From Oscillospiraceae bacterium (GTDB taxonomy: Bacteria; Bacillota; Clostridia; Oscillospirales; Oscillospiraceae): 38,331 bases of DNA. The notes below the pieces were generated by a model. It was given only the letters and a program-made list of their open reading frames with translations, did not search any database and was not told where the DNA came from. Numbering within the stretch: the first letter of the stretch is position 1; every line of letters begins with the position of its first letter. The stretch lies in assembly GCA_017399325.1 (NCBI GenBank), contig JAFQDY010000045.1:1-38331 (forward strand), written 5' to 3'. Positions 15,460 through 24,639 of the stretch are shown here, one piece after another. Made by a program: the position numbers and the translations under genes.

Positions 15460-16425
15460 TTAGTAGCCTCTTGCAAGATCAATTTGGTGGGCAAGGGGTT
15501 CGTTTTGGGCATCCTTTTGCAGATTGTCTGCAAAGATGCGGATGATTTTGTGTCGGGTCAGATCGTTTTCACCCCAGCTGATGCCAGACACATGGGGGGT
15601 CAGGATCACATTTTCCAGCTGCCGCAGGCGGTGGCCTTTGGGCAGAGGCTCCGGGTCGGTCACATCCAGCACCGCGCCCCGGAGCTTTCCGTTTGCCAAG
15701 GCGTCTGTAAGAGCGTCAGTGTCTACAACGAAGCCACGGCCCACATTCACCAGGATAGCGCCCCGGTTCAGCTTCTCAATACGCTCCCGGCTCATAAGGC
15801 CTCTCGTTTCGGTTGTGCCGGGCAGGGCGATGATCACCAAGTCAGCCTTGGGAAGTTCTGCGTCCAAAGAGGAAATGGCGTATAATTCATCAAAATAGGG
15901 GAGGCTTTTCCGCTCTGTGCGGCAGATGCCTACGGTGGTAGCGCCAAAGGCCTGCAGTTTCTTGGCCGTGTTCGAGCCAATGTCGCCGGTGCCGAGGATC
16001 AGCGCCCGCTTGCCCTCTAAGGAGTCGTCGCCGGAGAGCAGCTGCCAAAAACCCTGTTGCAGCTGCGCCCGGTAGGCCCGCAGGTTCTTGTAAAGGGCCA
16101 AAAGGCCTGCCATAATATGCTCGGAGATCACACCACCGAATGCGCCGGAGGCGCTGGTCAGGGAAATGTGTCGGGGGTAATCGGGGGCGGAGGTGTACTT
16201 GTTAGCGCCGGCCCAAGTCATCTGGATCCACCGCAGTTTGGGCATAGCGGCGATGGTTTTCATATCCGGCTCGCCGAAGACCACATCAATTTTGTCTGCA
16301 AAGCCGCTTTGCAGCAGGGCAGCGTCATCGGAGAAAAACAGGACTTTGTCGTCTTTTTCGGCTGCGGACAGAAGCATAGCCTTCTCCGCGTCTTTACATT
16401 CTTTTAAAATGGCGATCGTTCTCAT
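15460..16425 (-). CDS. D-isomer specific 2-hydroxyacid dehydrogenase
   Basis: GTGDIG, LPGT.ET, NVGRG, LDVTDPEPLP and LTPHVSG motifs. Start MRTIAILK. Confidence 0.9.
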   Translation of the reverse strand: MRTIAILKECKDAEKAMLLSAAEKDDKVLFFSDDAALLQSGFADKIDVVFGEPDMKTIAAMPKLRWIQMTWAGANKYTSAPDYPRHISLTSASGAFGGVISEHIMAGLLALYKNLRAYRAQLQQGFWQLLSGDDSLEGKRALILGTGDIGSNTAKKLQAFGATTVGICRTERKSLPYFDELYAISSLDAELPKADLVIIALPGTTETRGLMSRERIEKLNRGAILVNVGRGFVVDTDALTDALANGKLRGAVLDVTDPEPLPKGHRLRQLENVILTPHVSGISWGENDLTRHKIIRIFADNLQKDAQNEPLAHQIDLARGY

Positions 16426-16519
16426 AGCTTCACCGCATTTCCTTTGGATTGTTTTCATTATAAAATACTTTTCTCTGTTTGTAAACAAAAACCCGGAGCA
16501 TTCACTCCGGGTTTTGCAT

Positions 16520-17335
16520 TTACATAGGCACGGGAATAAAGCCATCTTTGGTAAGAATATAGCGCTCTTCGTAGCCACATTCCTTCAAAAGGGCCTTGGC
16601 CTGCTCAAAGTGGCAGTCCATAAAGGCATGCTGGTGGCAGTCCGAGGAGATGACCACGCCGAAGCCCAGCCGCTTCATTTCTTTGATAATGAAGGGGTCA
16701 GGGTAGGGGGTGGTGCGGTAGCCACGGGCGATGGCGCCGGTGTTTACCTCGAAATAGGGGATCTTGCCTGCTAAACTTTCCGCCGCTTCAATGGCCGCAA
16801 AGCGGTACTCCTTAGAGGTAGAATCGAAGAAATCCACCGTGTCCCGATGCTTGGTAATCAAGTCAAAGTGGCCGATGATATCGCAATCGGCGAAATCCGG
16901 TAGCCAGGTCAGCTGACGGTAATACTCCTTGGCAAAGGCCATACCGTTGCCGCCAAAATGCTCGTCGATCATCTTTTGGAAATGCTCAGCCACACCGTCA
17001 AATTCGTAGTCGATGCCGTCAAAGCGCAGACCGTGGATAGAGCCGATCACATAATCAAAGCCCTCCGGGCGCTCCGGGCAGCAGATGTCAAACTCAATGC
17101 CGCAGAAAACATCGATCAGGTGGCCGTATTTTTCTTTCAAACGGGCAATTTCTGCCCGGTAAGTGTCTACTTTGTCCAGCGGCATACAGTAATATTTGGC
17201 GTAGTCCATATAGCAGTGGCTGGAAAAGCCAATACCGCCGAAGCCCTTATCGATGGCGGCCAGCACCACTTCCTCGGGGGTGTCTTTACCGTCGCAGAAG
17301 GTGGTATGCTGGTGTAGATTCTGCAAGGTGTTCAT
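16520..17335 (-). CDS. Histidinol-phosphatase, PHP/HisJ family
   Basis: HQHTTFCDG, FSSH, GIEFD, GSIH, GHFD, EVNTG and SSDCH motifs. Confidence 0.88.
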   Translation of the reverse strand: MNTLQNLHQHTTFCDGKDTPEEVVLAAIDKGFGGIGFSSHCYMDYAKYYCMPLDKVDTYRAEIARLKEKYGHLIDVFCGIEFDICCPERPEGFDYVIGSIHGLRFDGIDYEFDGVAEHFQKMIDEHFGGNGMAFAKEYYRQLTWLPDFADCDIIGHFDLITKHRDTVDFFDSTSKEYRFAAIEAAESLAGKIPYFEVNTGAIARGYRTTPYPDPFIIKEMKRLGFGVVISSDCHQHAFMDCHFEQAKALLKECGYEERYILTKDGFIPVPM

Positions 17336-17443
17336 ATCCGTTCTCCTTTTTCCCATTTGACTCCATTATACGCAAAAAGTCCCATAAATCAACAGTTTTT
17401 TGCAAATAAAAAACGGGCATCGGTTTTTCGATACCCGTTTTTG

Positions 17444-18718
17444 TTATTTTCCGGCCACTCTGGCTTCAATCCGCTCCAGCGCGTAGAGCATTTTGTCGTA
17501 CATTTCCGGGGACACCCGGCTGATAAATCCGTTTTCATAGGCGGCGATGGCCTCCGCGATCCGCACCACCTTCAGGGGTTTGTCCGCTTCGTGGACGGTG
17601 AAAATAGGGGTGTAGGTGTAATTTGTGATTCGGGTCTCGCCGCTTGTATTGTCCTTGGTGATCTCCAAGTCCAGAATAATGGAATATTCCGAGCCGGCCC
17701 GCTTACCGTCGGAGAAGAAATCGCCCAGTGAGTAGGCCACAAACTGACCGCTGCTTTCATCAAAGGTGATCTGCTGCACATAGTGGGAATGGGTGCCGAT
17801 GATGGCGTCCACGCCGTTTTGCTGCATCAGGTTCACAATTTTCTTTTGACTGGAACTGATGGTGTCGTTGAATTCGCTGCCCCAGTGCAGAAGGGCGATG
17901 GTGATGTCCGGCTTTTCCTTGGCAACGGCGGACAAAATGGAAGTGATTTTCTTGGTGTCCACATTCTGATAGACACTGTCGTAGTCCTCGTACAGTACGT
18001 TGACGCAGTTTTCGCTGCCTACGGGAAGCGTCATACCGTCCATACCTTTGGTGAAGGCTACGAATGCTATTTTGATGCCGTCAACGGTGCGAATGGTGTA
18101 GCCTTTGCTTTTGTTGAAGGCGGAATTAGTGGGGTATGCGCCAAGGGGTTCCATACCTGCCAGCCGAATGCTGTCCAGGGAGGTGACAAGGCCCGCAAGG
18201 CCGCGGCTGATGGAGTAGGAATTGGCCATCTGCACCAAGTCCACACCGGCGTTTTTTAGTGCCGTTGCCATCGAGGCAGGGGCAGAGAAGGTGCTGCCGT
18301 AAGGCGCGCCGTAAAATGTGCCTTCAAAATTCACCGAGGTGATGTCCGCATCGGACAAAATGTGGGCCACATCCATAAAGGTGTCGGTGTAAATGTAGGA
18401 ACTGCCGCCGGCGGCCACCGTGGCGTCATTCACATTCAGATCGCCCACCGCTGCATAGTGAATGGTGGTCGTGGGGGACTGGGTGGATTCCGTTGATTGC
18501 TGGTCGGTGGCGGATTCGGAAGAGGGGATTTCGGTGTTTACATCGGGGGGATCGGGAGATCTCCTGGTTAGCGCAAAAATCAGAATGCCGCAGGCAAGCA
18601 AGACAATTGCCGCAATTCCCAACCGAATGAGCATTTTCTTATTCTGCTCCCGCTTGCGCAGACGCTCCTGGGCTTTTTCCTGCCGCAGACGCCGTCTGTC
18701 TTCCGGATTTTTCAGCAT
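17444..18718 (-). CDS. CapA family (PGA_cap) membrane-anchored metallophosphatase-fold protein
   Basis: N-terminal TM; AVGDL, VNFEG, LHWG.E, IIGTHSH and YSLGDF motifs. Confidence 0.85.
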   Translation of the reverse strand: MLKNPEDRRRLRQEKAQERLRKREQNKKMLIRLGIAAIVLLACGILIFALTRRSPDPPDVNTEIPSSESATDQQSTESTQSPTTTIHYAAVGDLNVNDATVAAGGSSYIYTDTFMDVAHILSDADITSVNFEGTFYGAPYGSTFSAPASMATALKNAGVDLVQMANSYSISRGLAGLVTSLDSIRLAGMEPLGAYPTNSAFNKSKGYTIRTVDGIKIAFVAFTKGMDGMTLPVGSENCVNVLYEDYDSVYQNVDTKKITSILSAVAKEKPDITIALLHWGSEFNDTISSSQKKIVNLMQQNGVDAIIGTHSHYVQQITFDESSGQFVAYSLGDFFSDGKRAGSEYSIILDLEITKDNTSGETRITNYTYTPIFTVHEADKPLKVVRIAEAIAAYENGFISRVSPEMYDKMLYALERIEARVAGK

Positions 18719-18859
18719 AAGGACACCTCCTTCCCATAATCGTGTCCATATTGTACACCATTTTTACATTTTTCTCAAGGGCAAAAAAAGAAAACATTGG
18801 GAATGCTTTACATTTACCCACAATTGGAGTAAAATAAAGCGGAACAGGAGGAGTGCTTT

Positions 18860-19780
18860 ATGGGCGCACCCGTCGGACGGTTTGCCCCCACGCCCTCCGG
18901 ACGGATGCATTTGGGCAATGTGTTTGCCGCCTTGATCGGGTGGCTTTCGGTGAAGTCCAAAGGCGGAAGCCTGGTGCTGCGTATGGAGGATCTGGACACC
19001 CAACGGACAAGTGAAGAATTTGCGGAGGCTCTGCGGCAGGATCTTAAGTGGCTTGGGCTGGATTGGGACTCAGAAACTCCGCCCCAAAGCCGCCGGAGTA
19101 AGGTGTATGACCGCTATTTTGACCTGCTTGCGGATCAGGGACTTTTGTATCCCTGTTACTGCACCAGAAGCCAACTCCACAGCGTCAACGCACCCCATCT
19201 GTCGGACGGCACTTATGTGTATGCTGGCACTTGCCGGAACTTGACGGAAGCCCAGCGGAATGCATTTGACCGGGCGCCTGCTTTCCGGGTGAAAGTGCCG
19301 GACAAAGAGATGGTGGTGGAAGACCTGTGCCAGGGCACATACCGACAAAATCTAGCCGCCCAATGCGGTGATTTTGTAGTCCGTCGGGCAGACGGGGTCT
19401 ATGTGTATCAGTTGGCAGTTACTGTGGACGATGGCCTTGCGGGCGTGACCGAAGTGGTACGGGGTATGGACCTGCTGGGTTCTGCGCCCCGGCAGATGTA
19501 TCTGCAGGAACTGTTTGACTTTTCCCACCCTGTGTATGGCCATGTGCCGATGCTCATCGCCCCAGACGGACGGCGGCTGAGCAAGCGGGATAAGGATATG
19601 GACTTAGGCTTTTTGCAGCAGAACACCACGGCGGAAAAACTCCTGGGATTTTTGGCATATACATCAGGTATCATCGATGCGCCCGAAGCGGTATCTGCCA
19701 AAGAACTGGCAACAGAATTTGCTTGGGAGAACTTAAAAAAGACCGATATTTGTTTGGATATTACCCAACTTTTCACATAA
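18860..19780 (+). CDS. gluQ: tRNA glutamyl-Q(34) synthetase GluQRS
   Basis: RFAPTPSGRMHLGN, LRMEDLD, YPCYC, YAGTCR, VVRGMDLL and RLSKR motifs; no anticodon-binding domain. Confidence 0.92.
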   Translation: MGAPVGRFAPTPSGRMHLGNVFAALIGWLSVKSKGGSLVLRMEDLDTQRTSEEFAEALRQDLKWLGLDWDSETPPQSRRSKVYDRYFDLLADQGLLYPCYCTRSQLHSVNAPHLSDGTYVYAGTCRNLTEAQRNAFDRAPAFRVKVPDKEMVVEDLCQGTYRQNLAAQCGDFVVRRADGVYVYQLAVTVDDGLAGVTEVVRGMDLLGSAPRQMYLQELFDFSHPVYGHVPMLIAPDGRRLSKRDKDMDLGFLQQNTTAEKLLGFLAYTSGIIDAPEAVSAKELATEFAWENLKKTDICLDITQLFT

Positions 19781-19795
19781 AAAGGAGGAAACATT

Positions 19796-20722
19796 ATGAA
19801 CAGACCTGTTTTGGTGATTATGGCCGCCGGTATGGGCAGCCGTTACGGCGGATTGAAGCAAATTGACCCGGTGGGCAGTTGCGGCGAAGCCATTTTGGAC
19901 TACACCTTGTTTGATGCCCACGAGGCCGGATTTGACACCGCGGTGATCATCATCAAGGAAGCCATCAAAAAGGACTTTATGGACACCGTGGGCAAGCGCC
20001 TGGAAAACTGCCCTATGGAGATCCGCTATGCCTTCCAGGAACTGGATAAGATCCCTGCCGGCTGCCGGATCCCTGTCGGCCGCACAAAACCCTGGGGCAC
20101 AAGTCACGCCATTTTGTGTGCCAAAGAAGAAATCGGCAACGCCCCCTTTGCGGTGGTGAATGCAGACGATTTCTACGGCAAACAGGCGTTCCGGGAAATC
20201 TTCAACTATTTGTTGAATGTGTCCGAACAGGAAGTGGCGGACTTCTGTATGGTAGGCTACCGGCTGGGCAACACCGTTACGGAAAACGGCTCTGTGGCCC
20301 GGGGTGTCTGCGAGGTCAGCGAAGACGGCTATCTGACCGGCATCGTGGAACGGACCAAGATCGAAAAGTATGCCGGGGGCATCCGCTTCCTTTTGGAAGA
20401 CGGTGAAACTTGGCAGGATGTGCCGGCTGACCAGCCGGTCTCCATGAATATGTGGGGCTTTACCCCCGGATTTTTGGACACCATAAAGGCGGATTTCCCC
20501 CGATTCTTTACAGAGGATATGCCCAAAAACCCGGAAAAGGCAGAGATGCTGCTGCCCACATCCGTAAGCAAACTCCTCCACGCAGGCAAGGCGACCGTTC
20601 GGGTGCTGCGTACCGATGACAAATGGTACGGCGTGACCTATGCGGCGGATAAGCCGGTGGTCGTGGCGGCTTTGCAGGAAATGACAAAGCAGGGCAAGTA
20701 TCCCGACGGCCTGTGGAAATAA
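19796..20722 (+). CDS. Sugar-phosphate nucleotidyltransferase family protein
   Basis: MAAGMGSRYGGLKQ, KPWGT, VNADDFYG, SMNMWGF and WYGVTY motifs. Confidence 0.88.
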   Translation: MNRPVLVIMAAGMGSRYGGLKQIDPVGSCGEAILDYTLFDAHEAGFDTAVIIIKEAIKKDFMDTVGKRLENCPMEIRYAFQELDKIPAGCRIPVGRTKPWGTSHAILCAKEEIGNAPFAVVNADDFYGKQAFREIFNYLLNVSEQEVADFCMVGYRLGNTVTENGSVARGVCEVSEDGYLTGIVERTKIEKYAGGIRFLLEDGETWQDVPADQPVSMNMWGFTPGFLDTIKADFPRFFTEDMPKNPEKAEMLLPTSVSKLLHAGKATVRVLRTDDKWYGVTYAADKPVVVAALQEMTKQGKYPDGLWK

Positions 20723-20806
20723 GAAATTTTCGAACCTTTTTGCTGCTAAGGAATATCTTGGAATGAGCGGTAAAAATACCGCAAAAAATTTCGGAGGTAT
20801 TTGATT

Positions 20807-20944
20807 ATGTGTAACAACAATGGTTTCTGCGGCGGTAATATTTGCTGGATCATTCTGATCATCCTGTTGCTGTGCAACTGCGGTGGCGGCGTGCTGGGTA
20901 ACGGCAACACCTGCGGCTGCGACAACACCTGCGGCTGCTGCTAA
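20807..20944 (+). CDS. 45-aa Cys/Gly/Asn-rich single-TM peptide (YjcZ-like sporulation peptide)
   Basis: Below the ORF-track cutoff. MCNNNGFCGGNICWIILIILLLCNCGGGVLGNGNTCGCDNTCGCC*, RBS GGAGGT, terminator-like hairpins immediately downstream. Confidence 0.8.
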   Translation: MCNNNGFCGGNICWIILIILLLCNCGGGVLGNGNTCGCDNTCGCC

Positions 20945-20954
20945 AGAACAATAG

Positions 20955-21022
20955 GGGTGTGCTTCGGCACACCCTTCAAAGCGTCAAAATAAAGACGAAA
21001 GGGTGTGCTTCGGCACACCCTT
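20955..21022. terminator. Duplicated identical hairpin (double terminator)
   Basis: GGGTGTGC-TTCG-GCACACCCTT at 20955-20976 and 21001-21022, between convergent genes. Confidence 0.7.
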
Positions 21023-22064
21023 ATTTATTTTCCTGACTTGCCCGTCCGGCGGCCACAATGGCAGCGGTGAGCATAGGGGCAAGGAGCATACCCAATATAC
21101 CCCAAAATCGATAGCCCAGATACAGCATCACCAGCGTTATCAGAGGGTCAAGGCCCAGATGCCGCCCTACCAGACGGGGTTCTAATGTGGTGCGGGTGAG
21201 TACCGCGGCGGCATAGATACACAGAAGACCCACCGATTGCAGCGGCTTTTGCTGGAACAGGTAGACAACAGACCAGGGGATCAAGATCGTGCCTGTGCCT
21301 AAGATGGGAAAGGCGTCCACAATGGCCACGCCGATGGCCCATAGCGGCCCGTATGGCACTTGCAGGATCATCAGTCCCACCGCTACGATGGCGTAGGTAA
21401 TGGCAGATAGTTTTGCCTGGGCTTTCAGCCAGCCCAGCAGGGCGGATTTCGCCCGGTTCAGCGCCGGCAGGATATGGGTCTGCAGCCGGGGGAATTTTTT
21501 GCGCAGGGCGGCCTTTAAGTCGGGCAGACGGGCAGAGAGCATAAAACCGGAGATGATGCCTGTGCCGATACCCAATGCCCCGTCGGGGACCCGGCTTAAA
21601 AAGGCTGTCAGTTTGCCGGGCAGGCGGCCAGCGGCCTGATCCACAAGGGAGGCGGAAAACAGACGGTTGACCGATTGTTCTGCAAGGGGACGGATCCCTT
21701 CAGGAGCGTTATCTGCCGCGTTTTCCAGCAGCGTGCGCAGCCGCTGGGAAGTTTCCGCAAGGGTCACCTCCATATCCGGCAGGCGATTGGCAAGGGCCGT
21801 AAGTTCTTTTACCAGCGCTGCCCCCAAAATGCCCACAAGAGCAACAAGGAAGACAAGGGTAAAACTGACCCCCAGACCGGATGCCGCCCAGCGGGGCAAT
21901 TTCAGCAGCCGTGTGCTGACCTTTACCGCCGGTTCGGCGGCCAGCGCCAACAGAAATCCCAGAAAAAAGGGCAAAAAAAGCGGGAACAGATACCGGAAGA
22001 ACAGCCAAGCGCCCAAAAATCCCCCCGCAAAAAGACCGATCCGGCGAATGGTTTGATGGCCCAT
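21021..22064 (-). CDS. ytvI: Sporulation integral membrane protein YtvI (AI-2E family)
   Basis: LPFFLG..LA...EP, GWLKAQ, VDAFPILGTG..LIPW and LEPRLVG..LGL.PL motifs. RBS AAGGAG. Confidence 0.88.
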   Translation of the reverse strand: MGHQTIRRIGLFAGGFLGAWLFFRYLFPLFLPFFLGFLLALAAEPAVKVSTRLLKLPRWAASGLGVSFTLVFLVALVGILGAALVKELTALANRLPDMEVTLAETSQRLRTLLENAADNAPEGIRPLAEQSVNRLFSASLVDQAAGRLPGKLTAFLSRVPDGALGIGTGIISGFMLSARLPDLKAALRKKFPRLQTHILPALNRAKSALLGWLKAQAKLSAITYAIVAVGLMILQVPYGPLWAIGVAIVDAFPILGTGTILIPWSVVYLFQQKPLQSVGLLCIYAAAVLTRTTLEPRLVGRHLGLDPLITLVMLYLGYRFWGILGMLLAPMLTAAIVAAGRASQENK

Positions 22065-22146
22065 GGCAGACTCCTTTCCATTTTTTTGCAATGTGGGTTG
22101 CTTTTTTGAAAAATTGTGATACAATAAGCCACGGGGACAGGACATT

Positions 22147-22165
22147 TGTCCCACGTAGGAGGACA
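22147..22165. promoter_or_regulatory. TGTCC-N9-GGACA palindrome overlapping the RBS (putative autoregulatory operator)
   Basis: Palindrome between the -10 TACAAT (22120-22125) and the ATG of the ACT regulator. Confidence 0.45.
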
Positions 22166-22167
22166 TT

Positions 22168-22608
22168 ATGAAAAAGACCCATACTTATTATGTAGTGGAA
22201 TCTTCCGCTTTGCCGGAAGTGTTTTTAAAGGTGGCAGAGGCCAAGCGTCTGCTTTCCACCGGTGAAGTCAAAACCGTCAACGAGGCCACGCGCCTCACCG
22301 GCATCAGCCGCAGCGCCTATTACAAATACCGGGATGCAGTTATGCCCTTCCAGCATATGATGAGCGGCCGGGTGATCACATTCCAGTTGCTTCTGCAGGA
22401 TGAGACCGGTAACCTGTCCAAACTGCTGAATATTTTTGCGGAACACTACGCCAATATAATGACCATCAATTCCATTGTGCCGACCAACGGCTGCGCGGTG
22501 GTGACCGTTTCTGCGGAGACCATGAATCTGACGATCCCTGTGGAGGATTTCCTGCGATTGCTGCGGAATACAAAATGTGTGATCAAAGCGGATATTCTGG
22601 CCGGTTGA
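22168..22608 (+). CDS. pheB: ACT domain-containing regulator (UPF0735, PheB/ThrR family)
   Basis: LPEVFLKVAEAKRLL, GISRSAYYKYRD, then an ACT domain (LSKLL..ANIMTI). Confidence 0.85.
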   Translation: MKKTHTYYVVESSALPEVFLKVAEAKRLLSTGEVKTVNEATRLTGISRSAYYKYRDAVMPFQHMMSGRVITFQLLLQDETGNLSKLLNIFAEHYANIMTINSIVPTNGCAVVTVSAETMNLTIPVEDFLRLLRNTKCVIKADILAG

Positions 22609-22613
22609 TTTTC

Positions 22614-22645
22614 AGGCTGCTGCATGTAAGTGCGGCAGCCTTTTT
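22614..22645 (+). terminator. Intrinsic terminator
   Basis: AGGCTGCTGCA-loop-TGCGGCAGCCT-TTTT. Confidence 0.7.
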
Positions 22646-22739
22646 ACAGTTTAACCCGACAATAGGAAGAATATACCGCCTTGTCCTTCTTGGCAAAAAG
22701 AAAAAGTTATGATATACTACAAAAAACAAGGAGGACGCT

Positions 22740-23864
22740 ATGGACGCAGATATAGAATTGAAACTGAAAAAAGTCGTGTTCTGGGAACTGGTGGCCATAG
22801 CGGTTCTGGTTTTGGCGGCGGTGATCATTTTACTTGTGGTTGGCAATCGGCGAAAAGCGCAGGATCCGTCTGTGCAGACGGGAACATCCGAAACGGTGTC
22901 CTCCGGCACTTTCGGCACTGCGGACACAGAAACCGGCCAAACCCAGTCCACCGAGACCACTGTGGATACCACCGAGGACACCACCGAGTCTACACAGGAT
23001 ACCACTGAGGAGTCTACCGAGGATACCACCGAAACCACTGAGGAAACGACGGAGGAAACCACAGTCGAAACCACGGAGGAAACCGTAGAGGAGACCACCG
23101 AGGAAACGATCGAAGAAACCACCGAAGAAGAAACCGAGGAGCCGGAATCCTCCGAGCCGCCTGCTACCGACACAACGCTGCCGCCGCTGGCGGCTAACCC
23201 GATCCGTCCGGAGGACATAACGCAAAACGGCACGTACTTAACCTGCCTGACAACGCAATCTGTGGTGGGTATCGATGTGTCGGAGTGGCAGGGCAGTAAC
23301 ATCGACTGGGCGCTAGTCAAGGCAGCCGGCATCGAATTTGTGATGATCCGCGTAGGCTATCGGGGCTATGAATCCGGTACGCTGAATGTGGATACATATG
23401 CCCAAAGAAATTACGAGGGGGCATCGAGAGCGGGACTAAAGATCGGTGCATACTTCTACTCCCAGGCCATCAATGTGAGGGAGGCAGAGGATGAGGCGGG
23501 TTTTGTGCTGGATATCATCAAGGATTGGCAGCTGGATATGCCGGTGGTGTTTGACTGGGAATATATCAGCGCTGAAGCCCGGACCGGCTCTGCCACCGCC
23601 CGGACGGTGACCGATTGCACCAAAGCCTTCTGCAATAAGATCAAGGCGGCCAACTTGAAGCCTATGGTCTATTTCAGTACTCGCCACGTCAATAAACGGT
23701 TGTATTTAAGCGAACTGACTGCGTATGACTTCTGGTTTGTTCAGTACAGCAATGCGCTCAATTATCCCTACAAGGTGGATATGTGGCAATATACCGATTC
23801 GGGCTCTGTGCCCGGCATTGCGGGGAATGTGGACATCAATCTCTACTTCCCCTGGGAAGAATAA
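22740..23864 (+). CDS. Membrane-anchored GH25 muramidase with Thr/Glu-rich stalk
   Basis: N-terminal TM; TTEE repeats; GIDVSEWQG, IRVGYRGY, GAYFYSQA, VFDWE, WQYT and VDIN motifs. Confidence 0.92.
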   Translation: MDADIELKLKKVVFWELVAIAVLVLAAVIILLVVGNRRKAQDPSVQTGTSETVSSGTFGTADTETGQTQSTETTVDTTEDTTESTQDTTEESTEDTTETTEETTEETTVETTEETVEETTEETIEETTEEETEEPESSEPPATDTTLPPLAANPIRPEDITQNGTYLTCLTTQSVVGIDVSEWQGSNIDWALVKAAGIEFVMIRVGYRGYESGTLNVDTYAQRNYEGASRAGLKIGAYFYSQAINVREAEDEAGFVLDIIKDWQLDMPVVFDWEYISAEARTGSATARTVTDCTKAFCNKIKAANLKPMVYFSTRHVNKRLYLSELTAYDFWFVQYSNALNYPYKVDMWQYTDSGSVPGIAGNVDINLYFPWEE

Positions 23865-23897
23865 AAAATCCCGTTTCCGAAAGGAAACGGGATTTTT
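23864..23897. terminator. Bidirectional terminator
   Basis: AAAAATCCCGTTTCC-GAAA-GGAAACGGGATTTTT, a perfect stem. Confidence 0.85.
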
Positions 23898-23905
23898 GTT
23901 GTTGA

Positions 23906-24142
23906 TCAGTCAGCGACGTAAGGCAGCAGAGCAATCTGACGGGCGCGCTTGATAGCGGTGGTCAGGGTGCGCTGATGGGCTGCGCAAGTGCCGGTGGTAC
24001 GGCGGGGCAGGATCTTGCCACGCTCGGACAGATAACGGCGCAATTTGGCAGTGTCCTTATAGTCAATAGCGGTCACCTTGTCAACGCAGAAAGCACATAC
24101 CTTCTTACGCTTGCGGGGACGCACATGCTGTTCGTTAGCCAT
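23906..24142 (-). CDS. rpsR: 30S ribosomal protein S18 (Zn-binding type)
   Basis: [30 protein letters not shown] and [13 protein letters not shown] motifs. Confidence 0.98.
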   Translation of the reverse strand: MANEQHVRPRKRKKVCAFCVDKVTAIDYKDTAKLRRYLSERGKILPRRTTGTCAAHQRTLTTAIKRARQIALLPYVAD

Positions 24143-24188
24143 GGGATTAACCTCCTTTGTAAGCATTGTGAAAAGTTCAAAAAATTAC

Positions 24189-24635
24189 TTAGAAGGGCAA
24201 CTGTGCATCGTCGTCATCCAGCATTGCAAAATCAGATGCAGGTGCGGATGCGGGCGCAGAGTAGCCACCAAAGTTGGCTGCGGGCGCAGAGTAATTGCCG
24301 CCGTCGCCATCGCGCTTGCTGTCGCCGAAATAGGCATTTTCTACCATAATTTCAGCAGAAGTGCGCTTGTTGCCGTCCTTGTCGGTCCAGTCGCGCATTT
24401 CCAGTCTGCCGTCCACAACGATCATACGACCCTTGGCGAAATACTTGGAGATAAATTCTCCGGTCTGACGCCAAGCGACGCAGTCAATGAAGTCGGTCTT
24501 TCTTTCGCCGCCGTCTTTGGGCTGATAGTCCCGATCGACAGCAACGCGGAAACTGGCAACTGCGACACCGCTTCCGGTGCGGCGCAGTTCGGGATCGCGG
24601 GTCAGGCGACCCATAATCGTGATGTGGTTGAGCAT
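24189..24635 (-). CDS. ssb: Single-stranded DNA-binding protein
   Basis: MLN...GRLTRDPELR, DFIDCVAW and C-terminal DDDDAQLPF. Confidence 0.98.
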   Translation of the reverse strand: MLNHITIMGRLTRDPELRRTGSGVAVASFRVAVDRDYQPKDGGERKTDFIDCVAWRQTGEFISKYFAKGRMIVVDGRLEMRDWTDKDGNKRTSAEIMVENAYFGDSKRDGDGGNYSAPAANFGGYSAPASAPASDFAMLDDDDAQLPF

Positions 24636-24639
24636 AGTA

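Noticed and set aside
20955-21022. Direct repeat with spacer as a mini-CRISPR
   Set aside because: Only two units, terminator-like hairpins, and no cas genes or leader.
24189-24635. ssb and the nearby GH25 lysozyme as prophage markers
   Set aside because: ssb is in the core rpsF-ssb-rpsR operon, and the GH25 protein is membrane-anchored with no holin, so neither indicates a prophage.
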